Assembly (NCBI GenBank): GCA_041494705.1
Contig: JBGQBI010000005.1
Coordinates: 230,199 to 262,198 of the forward strand
DNA length: 32,000 nt
Direction of reading: 5' to 3'
From: Candidatus Methanoperedens sp.
GTDB lineage: Archaea > Halobacteriota > Methanosarcinia > Methanosarcinales > Methanoperedenaceae
Part shown: positions 8,152 to 16,959 of the stretch, piece by piece
How the letters are laid out: each line of letters starts with the position of its first letter
Numbering within the stretch: the stretch's first letter is position 1
Position numbers and translations under genes: made by a program
Notes under the pieces: model-generated
Told to the model about the DNA's origin: nothing
What the model saw: only the letters and a program-made list of their open reading frames with translations
Databases searched by the model: none

Positions 8152-8589
8152 TTGAAAATTGTATCAAAGCCTTTGCTGTATACACCCGAATGGCTGGTCT
8201 CATTTGAAAAAGAAGCAGCTTCTGAAATTATCCTGTATCAGGATACTGGTAAAGTGATTCGTGAATACAGGACGAGATATGGAATGTCTCAGGAACAACT
8301 TGGAGCTTTGATGGACCTGCGGCGCGAATCCATATCGCGTATTGAAAATGGAAGTGTGACGCCAACATTGGGTTTTATCAAAAAATTCATTAATGCAGTA
8401 TCTTTGATTGAGGCAATCCGTGTCGAGAGGGCGCAGCATAAGGAAATCGATGTTCATTTTCTTGAGAATCTGGCAAAGGAACTTGGTTTTTCGCGTGAAG
8501 AACTTACGGGAATCATTAAAGTGGCAGTAGAAAGTTACGATAAAAAACTCATTAAAATTCAAAAATCGTTAAAGGAGAAAAAAATATGA
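8152..8589 (+). CDS. XRE-family helix-turn-helix transcriptional regulator
   Basis: 145 aa with a TTG start and AGGAG 6 nt upstream. The Cro/C1-type HTH is MSQEQLGALMDLRRESISRIENG. The stop overlaps the ppsA start (ATGA at 8586-8589). Confidence 0.7.
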   Translation: MKIVSKPLLYTPEWLVSFEKEAASEIILYQDTGKVIREYRTRYGMSQEQLGALMDLRRESISRIENGSVTPTLGFIKKFINAVSLIEAIRVERAQHKEIDVHFLENLAKELGFSREELTGIIKVAVESYDKKLIKIQKSLKEKKI

Positions 8590-10871
8590 CAGAGGATTCA
8601 GTTATCTGGCTTGAAGAGGTAGGAAAGGAAGATATAGCGATCGTGGGCGGCAAAGGTGCAAGCCTCGGCGAGATGTTGCGCGCTGAACTCCCTGTTCCCT
8701 CTGGATTTGCCGTAACAGCGCAGGCTTTTCGCAGGTTTATAGACGAAAATGGAATAAACGATGAACTTTTCAGCTCCCTTGAAGTGGATGTCGATAATGC
8801 AGATATTTTAAGGGATGCAGAAAAAAAGGCAAAAAAAATCATCATGGGAGCAAAAATCCCCGCTGATATGGAAAAGAGCATAAAGTCAAAGTACAGGGAC
8901 CTGTGCAAACGAGAGAAAGATGAAGTTTTCGTGGCCGTGCGTTCAAGCGCCACAGCCGAAGATTTACCAGATGCCAGTTTCGCCGGACAGCAGGACACCT
9001 TCCTTAATATCAGAGGAGAGCAGAACGTACTTGATGCGGTCAAGAAATGCTGGGCATCACTTTATGGCGCGCGGGCTATCTATTACAGGGTAAAACAGGG
9101 ATTTGACCACCGTAAAGTCAACCTCTGCGCTGTCGTGCAGATGATGGTGGACGCAGAGAAGGCAGGCGTGATGTTCTCGTCCCATCCGTCCACAGGTGAG
9201 CCTGTCACGATTATCGAAGGCGCGTGGGGACTTGGTGAAACCGTGGTATCAGGGTCGGTTTCGCCTGATTATTATCTGGTGGATAAAAAGTCAAGGACCA
9301 TAAAAGAGCGAAAAATCGCCACTAAAAACGTCATGCACACAAAAGACCCAAAAACCGGCAAAACCATCGATATTCCTGTACCTGCTGACAAGAAAAACGC
9401 AAAGGTGCTTGACGATGATGAGATATTGAAACTCGTTGAGTTCGGAGACGTTCTTGAAGAGCTTTACGGAATACCACAGGATATTGAGTGGGCGATAAAG
9501 AATAAAGAGATATTCATCCTCCAGTCAAGACCTATTACAACAATAAAGAAGAAAAAAGAGACAAAAGAAAAAGTAGCAACTTCTGCTATTCTTGAAGGGC
9601 TTGGAGCTTCCCCGGGAATCGCATACGGCGAAGCAAAACTCATAAGCGATGCAAGCGAACTCGGAAAGGTCAAGCATGGCGATATTCTTGTGGCTGTGAT
9701 GACCACGCCGGACATGGTGCCGGCGATGAAACGCGCCGCTGCTATAGTGACTGACGAGGGCGGGCTTACATGCCATGCAGCCATTGTATCGCGCGAACTT
9801 GGCTGCCCTGCGGTCGTGGGAACACGGAAGGCAACAGAACTATTGTCCGATGGCATGAAAATCACTGTGGACGGTGAAAAGGGGCTTGTTTTCGAAGGCA
9901 AAAAAGAAGCTGCAATGCCTGCGGCAGCGCATTCCGAAAAGGCGCCTGTTTCTTTTGCCAGAACCAAACCCATTACGGCAACCGAGGTTAAGGTTAATGT
10001 ATCCATTCCCGAAGCCACGGCGCGGGCTGTTGAGACACAGGCCGACGGCGTTGGGCTTCTGCGTATCGAGCACATGATACTTGGTCTTCCCAAACACCCC
10101 AAGCAGTACATAAAGGAAGGAAAAGCGGATGAATATGTAAATGAACTTGTTTCGCGCATCCAGACGGTGGTGGATGCGTTCTATCCCAAGCCTGTGTGGG
10201 TGCGGACGCTTGATGCGCCCACTGACGAATTCAGGGCGATGGAAGGCGGCGAAGGAGAGCCGATTGAACCGAATCCCATGCTGGGATACCGCGGCATAAG
10301 GCGCGACCTTATAGATACTGAACATTTCGAGCTTGAGGTAAGGGCCTTCAAGGAATTAATCAAGCGCGGCTACAACAATATGGGCATCATGATTCCTCTT
10401 GTGCAGCATCCTTCGGAGCTTCGCCGCGCAAAAGAGTTCATGAAAAATGGCGGGCTTGATATCGAAAAGCTTGATATCGGGATAATGGTGGAAATCCCGG
10501 CTGCGGCGCTAATAATCGACCAGTTCATAGCCGAGGGGCTGGATTTTGTGAGCTTCGGCACAAACGACCTCACGCAGTACACGCTTGCTGTTGATAGGAA
10601 TAATGAGCATGTGGCGCATCTTTACAATGAGATGCATCCTGCTGTGATGAAGCTCATCGAGCATGTGATTATCGAATGCAATAAGGCGGGTGTGAAAACA
10701 AGCATCTGCGGGCAGGCTGGGAGCAACCCGAAGGTTGCAAAGAGGCTTGTGGAGCTTGGGATTACGAGTATTTCCGCGAATATTGATGCTGTGGAGGCTG
10801 TGAGAGATATGGTGGCGAGGACGGAGTTGCAGTTGCTGCTGAAGGCGGCTCGAGAAAAACAGAATAAATGA
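8586..10871 (+). CDS. ppsA: Phosphoenolpyruvate synthase (pyruvate, water dikinase)
   Basis: 761 aa. It has the N-terminal ATP-grasp motif VGGKGASLGEM, the phosphohistidine swivel motif GGLTCHAAIVSRELGCPAVVG, and the C-terminal PEP-utilising TIM barrel (GTNDLTQYTLAVDR). Confidence 0.95.
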   Translation: MTEDSVIWLEEVGKEDIAIVGGKGASLGEMLRAELPVPSGFAVTAQAFRRFIDENGINDELFSSLEVDVDNADILRDAEKKAKKIIMGAKIPADMEKSIKSKYRDLCKREKDEVFVAVRSSATAEDLPDASFAGQQDTFLNIRGEQNVLDAVKKCWASLYGARAIYYRVKQGFDHRKVNLCAVVQMMVDAEKAGVMFSSHPSTGEPVTIIEGAWGLGETVVSGSVSPDYYLVDKKSRTIKERKIATKNVMHTKDPKTGKTIDIPVPADKKNAKVLDDDEILKLVEFGDVLEELYGIPQDIEWAIKNKEIFILQSRPITTIKKKKETKEKVATSAILEGLGASPGIAYGEAKLISDASELGKVKHGDILVAVMTTPDMVPAMKRAAAIVTDEGGLTCHAAIVSRELGCPAVVGTRKATELLSDGMKITVDGEKGLVFEGKKEAAMPAAAHSEKAPVSFARTKPITATEVKVNVSIPEATARAVETQADGVGLLRIEHMILGLPKHPKQYIKEGKADEYVNELVSRIQTVVDAFYPKPVWVRTLDAPTDEFRAMEGGEGEPIEPNPMLGYRGIRRDLIDTEHFELEVRAFKELIKRGYNNMGIMIPLVQHPSELRRAKEFMKNGGLDIEKLDIGIMVEIPAAALIIDQFIAEGLDFVSFGTNDLTQYTLAVDRNNEHVAHLYNEMHPAVMKLIEHVIIECNKAGVKTSICGQAGSNPKVAKRLVELGITSISANIDAVEAVRDMVARTELQLLLKAAREKQNK

Positions 10872-10888
10872 GACGGGAGTAATCGTAC

Positions 10889-11737
10889 TTGACCGCCCCC
10901 ACCCTCCCCATCCTCGACAACCACATGCACCTCAACCCCGCGGGCAGGTGCCTCGAAGCAGTCCGCGAATTCGCGCGCGCCGGGGGAACGCATATCGTGC
11001 TTGTGTCGCTCCCGCCCTGGTCGCTGGGCATCGAGATAAATGCGCCCGAGGATTACAGGCAGGTTTTTGATAAGGTTTTAAAAATAGCGCGGCGCGCCGA
11101 GGAAGTCGAAAAAGTAAAGGTATTCGTTGTGCTCGGCGTGCATCCAGCCGAACTGACAAAATATTACGGGCGCCTCGGACTTACGCACGCCGTGGAAATA
11201 ATGAAGGGCGGGCTTGAAATAGCGCGCGAATATGTTGAAAAAGGTCTTGCCGTGGGATTGAAGTCCGGGCGCCCCCATTATGAAGTCGAGCCGAAAATAT
11301 GGGACGCTTCAAACGATATAATGCGCCACAGCTTCACGCTGGCAAAAGATGCAGGCTGCGCCGTGCAGCTTCATACCGAAAGCGCCACGGAGGAAGGGCT
11401 CTCTGAAATTGCAGGGATTGCCAGGGAAGCAGGTTTGCAGCCTGAGAAAGTGGTCAAGCATTTCTCGCCGCCGATGGTTAAAATATGCGAGAAATATGGC
11501 ATTTTCCCGAGCGTCCTTGCAAGCGAGGATGCCATAGAAAAAGCCCTTTCTGAAGGCACGCGTTTCATGATGGAAACGGATTACATTGACGACCTTAAAA
11601 GACCGGGTTCGGTGCTCGGGCCAAAGACCGTCCCGAAGAGGACAAAACAACTGATACCGGAATGGGGCGAGGATGTGTTCTGGAAGATACACAAAGAGAA
11701 TCCTGAGAAAGTGTACGGCGTGGAAATTAATATTTAA
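10889..11737 (+). CDS. TatD-related metal-dependent hydrolase (TIM-barrel, COG1099-like)
   Basis: 282 aa. A TTG start lies 9 nt after GGGAG and is needed to retain the N-terminal DNHMHL (HxH) metal motif. Further His/Asp residues (QLHTE, METDY) fit the amidohydrolase/TatD fold. Confidence 0.7.
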   Translation: MTAPTLPILDNHMHLNPAGRCLEAVREFARAGGTHIVLVSLPPWSLGIEINAPEDYRQVFDKVLKIARRAEEVEKVKVFVVLGVHPAELTKYYGRLGLTHAVEIMKGGLEIAREYVEKGLAVGLKSGRPHYEVEPKIWDASNDIMRHSFTLAKDAGCAVQLHTESATEEGLSEIAGIAREAGLQPEKVVKHFSPPMVKICEKYGIFPSVLASEDAIEKALSEGTRFMMETDYIDDLKRPGSVLGPKTVPKRTKQLIPEWGEDVFWKIHKENPEKVYGVEINI

Positions 11738-11765
11738 ATTTTAACTTGCGGTTTCACCGGTATAA

Positions 11766-12275
11766 TTATGGTATTACTGTTATTTTCTGGTTCTCCAGGT
11801 CCTGGAACTCTCTGATAGAAAACGTGTATGTTCCTGTCCTGTTAAACGTGTAATCAAAGCGCTCGGTCTGATAACGCATGAGTCCCGTCCTCCCGCTCCA
11901 GAGTCCTTCATTGCTTACTATAGTAAGAGGAAAATCGTAGCTGTCGTCATTTATCCATCTGACGCTGTCTCCTGTGTGGATGCTAAAATTCAGTATATTA
12001 AAGCCAGCCGGTAGCTCATAAGAAGAATTCCCTCTAATCGCCCTTATCCTGTAAAACCCAAAATCACTGTCAACCCATATCCTGTACATTACGGGCTCAA
12101 GGGAAGGAGCAGGAGTTGCTGTCAGGGCAGGAGTTGGTGATAGGGTTGGAAAAACGGTGGGCTGCACTGTTGCAGTTGGGGTTGCAGTTGGTGTAGGAGC
12201 CGGAGGCTTAACACATCCAAGGAAAAAGAGCGAAATAATAACGATGACAACCAGGATTAATTTATTAATTTTCAT
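11766..12275 (-). CDS. Lipobox surface protein with Pro/Thr-rich linker and a cupredoxin-like domain lacking copper ligands
   Basis: I set the start at the ATG at 12275 (MKINKLILVVIVIISLFFLGC). The linker is PPAPTPTATPTATVQPTVFPTLSPTPALTATPAP. The C-terminal domain follows the G.sV.W.N.D...GtYtF...kitV pattern of the 7602-7940 protein, but His/Cys/His/Met are replaced. Confidence 0.7.
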   Translation of the reverse strand: MKINKLILVVIVIISLFFLGCVKPPAPTPTATPTATVQPTVFPTLSPTPALTATPAPSLEPVMYRIWVDSDFGFYRIRAIRGNSSYELPAGFNILNFSIHTGDSVRWINDDSYDFPLTIVSNEGLWSGRTGLMRYQTERFDYTFNRTGTYTFSIREFQDLENQKITVIP

Positions 12276-12390
12276 GCACCACACCATTATTAATGTTAGC
12301 ATTATTCATAAATAACCTTATCGATGCTGGCGCCAAAAAAATCCTTCCGTTATTTATATAGCCATCTTCTGCGAATTAAACCACCTCTAT

Positions 12391-13614
12391 ATGATGCGTG
12401 ATTACCTTACACTGGATGATATTAACACAAAAGGGAAAACCGTTTTATGCAGGCTTGACCTCAACTCGCCGATGGACCCGAACGGGACTATTCTTGACGA
12501 CAGCAGGTTCAGGAGCCACCTTACAACCCTGAGGGAGCTTGAAGAATCAAAAGTCGTAATCCTGTCACACCAGAGCCGCCCCGGCAAGAGCGATTTTACA
12601 ACAATGGAGCCCCATTCAAAAATATTATCGAAAATGATGCGCAGGAATGTGGATTATGTCGATGATATATTCGGCTCCCACGCAGTCGATTCTATAAAAA
12701 GAATGAACAAAGGCGATATCATATTGCTTGAAAATACCCGTTTTTATTCTGAAGAATCGCTTGAGCGCACACCGAAAGAACATACAAGGACACATATGGT
12801 AAAGCAGCTTTCACCACTTTGCGACATTTTTATGAACGATGCTTTTTCGGTTTCCCACAGGTCTCATCTTTCAGTCACAGGTTTTACCGAGGTATTGCCA
12901 AGCATAGCAGGAAGAGTAATGGAAAAGGAAATCGACTCCCTTAACAGGGGATTATCCTGCAACGACCGCCCGTGCATATATGTGCTTGGCGGCACGAAAG
13001 TCGATGATTCCATCAAAGTCACGAAAAACGTACTTGAGAAAGGCTGCGCGGACAGGGTGCTTGTAACAGGGGTAGTGGCAAATGTATTTCTTGCAGCTTC
13101 AGGGGTGAAAATAGGAAGCTCAAATATGAATTTTATTGATAAACAGGGTTATTTGCCGCAGGTAGAGATTGCCCGCGGACTACTTTCACGTTTTAAGAAA
13201 CATATCGGGATGCCTGTGGATGTGGCGCTTAATAAAAATGATGAGCGCGTGGAAGAAAAAGTGCATAACCTGAACACGGAATTGCCAATCCATGACATAG
13301 GCATCGAGACGATGGTCAAATTCTCCGAGGAAATAAGCAGCGCCAGGACGGTTGTAATGAACGGTCCTGCCGGGGTTTTTGAGAAGGATGCTTTCGCCCT
13401 CGGAACCCAGGAACTCATCAAAGCAGGAGCAAAATCGGGATTCTCGGTAATAGGGGGCGGTCACATTGCCGCAGCCGCCGAACAAATGGGCATTTCCAAT
13501 AAATTCTCTCATGTGAGCACGGGCGGAGGCGCTTGCATTGATTTTTTAGCGGGTGAAAAACTGCCCGGAATTGAGGCATTAAAGGATGCTGCCAGGAAAT
13601 TCAGGAAAAAATAG
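12391..13614 (+). CDS. pgk: Phosphoglycerate kinase (archaeal type)
   Basis: 407 aa. RLDLNSP, SHQSRPG, NTRF, NDAFSVSHRSH, the hinge, and C-terminal GGGHIAAA..STGGGACIDFLAG are typical of PGK. Confidence 0.93.
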   Translation: MMRDYLTLDDINTKGKTVLCRLDLNSPMDPNGTILDDSRFRSHLTTLRELEESKVVILSHQSRPGKSDFTTMEPHSKILSKMMRRNVDYVDDIFGSHAVDSIKRMNKGDIILLENTRFYSEESLERTPKEHTRTHMVKQLSPLCDIFMNDAFSVSHRSHLSVTGFTEVLPSIAGRVMEKEIDSLNRGLSCNDRPCIYVLGGTKVDDSIKVTKNVLEKGCADRVLVTGVVANVFLAASGVKIGSSNMNFIDKQGYLPQVEIARGLLSRFKKHIGMPVDVALNKNDERVEEKVHNLNTELPIHDIGIETMVKFSEEISSARTVVMNGPAGVFEKDAFALGTQELIKAGAKSGFSVIGGGHIAAAAEQMGISNKFSHVSTGGGACIDFLAGEKLPGIEALKDAARKFRKK

Positions 13615-14233
13615 CGCAACGGGTTTTGATTTCACAGGTAGTATGACCCTGCTTGTGAAAGACGTTGTTAACACCCATCCTTTTTTTTGCCACATAAGAC
13701 CGGATAATGTCCTCGTCGCAATATCCCCATCCAATGGAAGAAGTAACGGCGTTGTTGCAAAATTAAGACCTATGAGGTTTGAAGATGGTTCTAAAACCAG
13801 GATTGCCCGCGGAATAGAATATATCGCTCCCGAAGTCAATATTAACGGAAACAACATCCTTTACATCGTATATTTCCATCTGCCGCGGTTCCTGAATCAC
13901 GGGAACCACGAGACAAAAATTTCCACGGTATTACATGAACTGCATCATATCTCTCCTTTATTTAACGGGGACATAAGGCGATTCCAGGGCAAAAATTACG
14001 CACACGGAAGTTCAAGAAAAAAATATGATGAGCTTATCAATATTTACACTGATGAATATATAAAATCAACTGCTCATCCCGAATTGGGCGGGTTTTTAAA
14101 ATACAAATATTCCGAATTGAAGCGCAGATACGGCGCTATCTATGGTGATATGATCCGCATTCCCCGTTCCAAAACCGTGAATATCCTTGCGAAACATTTA
14201 ACCTTGAAAGATAATATTACGTCCCCAGAATGA
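13586..14233 (+). CDS. Hypothetical protein with HExxH motif (possible zinc metallopeptidase)
   Basis: 215 aa containing VLHELHHI (HExxH). It overlaps the pgk 3' end by 29 nt; an alternative start at 13643 (MTLLVKD) avoids the overlap. The stop overlaps the next gene's start (ATGA at 14230-14233). Confidence 0.55.
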   Translation: MLPGNSGKNSATGFDFTGSMTLLVKDVVNTHPFFCHIRPDNVLVAISPSNGRSNGVVAKLRPMRFEDGSKTRIARGIEYIAPEVNINGNNILYIVYFHLPRFLNHGNHETKISTVLHELHHISPLFNGDIRRFQGKNYAHGSSRKKYDELINIYTDEYIKSTAHPELGGFLKYKYSELKRRYGAIYGDMIRIPRSKTVNILAKHLTLKDNITSPE

Positions 14234-15165
14234 AAAAAATAAGGATTATTGCCCAGCTAACAATCGGGATAATAATTATTGCTTTTATTTTAAATAAACT
14301 AAACATCAATGACGTCCTGTTAATCTTGAAGAAAACCGACCCGGTATATTTTATTTTTGCATGCTTTGCCTACCTCGGCATGAATCTGGTCCTTTCTTTC
14401 CGCTTATCCTACCTGCTCAAAAAAATAGGGTATCGGGCAGGATATAAGTCAGTCTTTTTTTCTCATATGGGGGGAATGGTAGTCGGGGACATAACTCCCG
14501 GAAGGAGCGGATATTTCCTGACCCCGCCAATTTTGAAAAATAATGCAGGAGTCCGGATAACCGACGGCATGGCCTGCATCTTTGCGCCGCAGGGTATTGA
14601 ATTTGTTCTAAAGGTTGGCGGAGCCTTTGCAGCCATACTATACATATCTTCCTTTTCCAACCTCAGCAGGGATTTTCTTATCTCGTCCGGCATCGGAGCT
14701 TTTCTATTGTTGATGGTGGGGATATTGATGTTGGTCATTTCATGGAAGAATGAAAGCCTGTCTTTGAGATTTTTACAGAGAATCCCTTTTTTCAAGAATT
14801 TCACAGAGAATCTTTTGTTTTTCAAGGAAAAAAGTATCAGGATAAAAGAAAGCATGAACGTCATCCTTATGTTATACGCTATCGGTTGGATTTTTGCTGC
14901 AATGCAATGGTTTTTCCTGGGGAAAGCCCTCGGATTGAATATATCGTTTTTTGCCTTCTTCCTGCTTCATCCGCTCATATCCCTCCTGATGTTCGTGCCG
15001 CTGTCGCCCGCTGGTCTTGGATTGATGGAAGGGGGAGTTATTGTTGTCTTTTCATTTTTCGGGATTCCATCGGCGCAAGGGTTAGCTTTTTCGGTATTGG
15101 TGAGAGTGAGTATACTGCTTGTTGACCTGTTGGGTTTAAAATCGGTATTGACTGCATCTAAATGA
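14230..15165 (+). CDS. Flippase-like / lysylphosphatidylglycerol-synthase TM-region family membrane protein (UPF0104)
   Basis: 311 aa with about 8 predicted TM helices. The N-terminal pattern and GDITPGRSG.F loop are characteristic of the UPF0104/LPG_synthase_TM family. Confidence 0.65.
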   Translation: MKKIRIIAQLTIGIIIIAFILNKLNINDVLLILKKTDPVYFIFACFAYLGMNLVLSFRLSYLLKKIGYRAGYKSVFFSHMGGMVVGDITPGRSGYFLTPPILKNNAGVRITDGMACIFAPQGIEFVLKVGGAFAAILYISSFSNLSRDFLISSGIGAFLLLMVGILMLVISWKNESLSLRFLQRIPFFKNFTENLLFFKEKSIRIKESMNVILMLYAIGWIFAAMQWFFLGKALGLNISFFAFFLLHPLISLLMFVPLSPAGLGLMEGGVIVVFSFFGIPSAQGLAFSVLVRVSILLVDLLGLKSVLTASK

Positions 15166-15234
15166 AAAATCCGGTAAAAGCCGCCCATAATATTCAGATA
15201 GGTTAAAATATCTTCCATTCAAAATATAACATTG

Positions 15235-15606
15235 ATGACAACTCAAAAAGTCACAAAAGTACTCCTGTTCCTTAAGAACATGGTTTACGAGAGCACAAGC
15301 CCGATGGAAATACTGCGCTTTGCAAAATACTACCGCAAGAAAGGTCTTGATGTGGTGGTGGTTCTCTGGGGCCCGATGGGTGTCATTCTTGCGAAAAAGG
15401 GGAAGCGCGGCACGCCTCCGTATGATGAACGCGTCCAGGAATGTATTGATTTGGGGGTTAAATTCAAATGCTGCGAACTGGCGTCCTCAATGATAGGTTT
15501 TGAACCGGGGGAACTGATAGAAGGCGTGGAAATGATACATTCCTTTGAGGTGGCTGACCTGATGCTTGAGTACTGCGAAGAAGGGCAGCTTGTAATAACA
15601 CTTTGA
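15235..15606 (+). CDS. DsrE/DsrF-like (COG2210-type) small protein
   Basis: About 123 aa. The alpha/beta pattern KVLLFL...GLDVVVVLWGPMGV...GVKFKCCELA...V.SFEVADLML resembles the DsrE-like sulfur-relay/peroxiredoxin-like family. A TTG at 15232 is an alternative start. Confidence 0.5.
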   Translation: MTTQKVTKVLLFLKNMVYESTSPMEILRFAKYYRKKGLDVVVVLWGPMGVILAKKGKRGTPPYDERVQECIDLGVKFKCCELASSMIGFEPGELIEGVEMIHSFEVADLMLEYCEEGQLVITL

Positions 15607-15645
15607 GCAAGCCTTTTTAATCACCAGGTTCATTTACCGCTCCAT

Positions 15646-16854
15646 ATGGACAGGGAACTCCTTCTTAAACTTAAAAACGGCGAGACAAGTTTTCACGAGG
15701 TTGGAAAATCACTTGACAGCAATCAGGCAATCGAACTCCGGCGGGCTGCGGTTTCTGAATTAACCGGAACACAATTTAAGCATATTCACAATTTTTCATT
15801 TGACATTGAAAGCGTAACAAAGCGCAATATCGAGAACATGATAGGCGCAATACAGGTTCCGCTTGGCGTGGCTGGGCCTCTTCGCGTTAACGGCGAATAT
15901 GCAAAAGGTGATTATTACATCCCTCTTGCTACCACGGAAGGGGCGCTTGTGGCAAGCGCAGACAGGGGAAGTTCGGCCATCACAGCCTCCGGTGGAGCGA
16001 ATGTCCGGATTTTCCAGGATGGGATGACAAGGGCGCCTGTTTTCAGGGCACATGACATAATAAGCGCAAAAAAACTTGTGGACTGGGTAAAGGCGAATTT
16101 CAAACGCTTGAAAGAGAGAGCGGAAGAAACTACCAAGTTCGGCGAGCTTCTTTCTGTGAAAGCATTTGTCGCTGGCAGGAATGTTTATCTGCGATTTTCC
16201 TATGACACCAAGGACGCCATGGGAATGAATATGGTCACGATTGCGACCGATGCCGCTGTTGACCTTGTTCTTGAGGCAAACGATGTGGAACTTATAGCAT
16301 TATCAGGCAATATGTGCACCGACAAAAAACCGGCCGCCATAAACGTTATTGAGGGCAGGGGAAAAACCGTTTCTGCTGATGTTGTGCTTGGAAAAGAGGT
16401 CATAACCGGGAAACTTAAAACCACTCCTGAAAGAATGGCAGAGGTAAATTACAGGAAAAACCTAATCGGCTCTGCCCGCGCCGGGTCGCTCGGGTTCAAT
16501 GCGCATGCTGCAAACATCGCGGCAGCGCTCTTCATCGCCTGCGGGCAGGATGCGGCGCATGTCGTAGAGGCAAGTAATGCCATGACCACGATGGAAATCA
16601 CTGAATCCGGTCTTTACTGCTCGGTTACACTGCCTTCGCTCCCTGTCGGGACAGTGGGCGGCGGAACTCGCATCGGTACACAGCAGGAGTGCCTGAATAT
16701 GCTTGGGGCAGCGGGAGCGGGAGAGACGCCGGGTACGAACTCAAAAAAATTTGCCGAGATTGCAGCCGCGGCTGTACTTGCAGGTGAGATTTCACTCATC
16801 GCCGCTCTTGCTGCGCGGCATCTGGCAAAAGCGCATGCTGAACTGGGGAGATAA
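15646..16854 (+). CDS. hmgA: 3-hydroxy-3-methylglutaryl-CoA reductase, class I (archaeal isoprenoid lipid pathway)
   Basis: 402 aa. ENMIGAIQVPLGVAGPL, TTEGALVAS, DAMGMNM, GNMCTDKKPAA and VGTVGGGT are canonical class-I HMGR motifs. Confidence 0.95.
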   Translation: MDRELLLKLKNGETSFHEVGKSLDSNQAIELRRAAVSELTGTQFKHIHNFSFDIESVTKRNIENMIGAIQVPLGVAGPLRVNGEYAKGDYYIPLATTEGALVASADRGSSAITASGGANVRIFQDGMTRAPVFRAHDIISAKKLVDWVKANFKRLKERAEETTKFGELLSVKAFVAGRNVYLRFSYDTKDAMGMNMVTIATDAAVDLVLEANDVELIALSGNMCTDKKPAAINVIEGRGKTVSADVVLGKEVITGKLKTTPERMAEVNYRKNLIGSARAGSLGFNAHAANIAAALFIACGQDAAHVVEASNAMTTMEITESGLYCSVTLPSLPVGTVGGGTRIGTQQECLNMLGAAGAGETPGTNSKKFAEIAAAAVLAGEISLIAALAARHLAKAHAELGR

Positions 16855-16863
16855 AAAATCCAG

Positions 16864-16950
16864 TCAGGTGATGAGATCAATTGCCCGGCGGTATCTGTGC
16901 TGCGCCGTGTTTTTTATGTTGACTATCACAGGTTTTTCATTAACTTTCAT
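16864..16950 (-). CDS. Candidate 28-aa small ORF translationally coupled to the Isf-like gene
   Basis: The Isf TGA is followed by a 9-nt spacer AGGAGGAGT and then an ATG. The ORF reads MKVNEKPVIVNIKNTAQHRYRRAIDLIT. A minus-strand T6 run (16853-16858) follows its stop. I recognise no homology. Confidence 0.3.
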   Translation of the reverse strand: MKVNEKPVIVNIKNTAQHRYRRAIDLIT

Positions 16951-16959
16951 ACTCCTCCT

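Noticed and set aside
8552-10363. Several minus-strand ORFs (8552-9043, 9464-10159, 9840-10325, 10181-10363).
   Set aside because: All are antisense to ppsA, whose identity is unambiguous. They are Ser/Ala-rich shadow frames.
10780-11060. Locally GC-rich patch spanning the ppsA 3' end and the TatD-like 5' end.
   Set aside because: Both reading frames remain intact and carry family motifs. This is probably amino-acid and codon composition (Ala/Arg/Gly/Pro-rich segments) rather than foreign DNA, and I cannot quantify it without computation.
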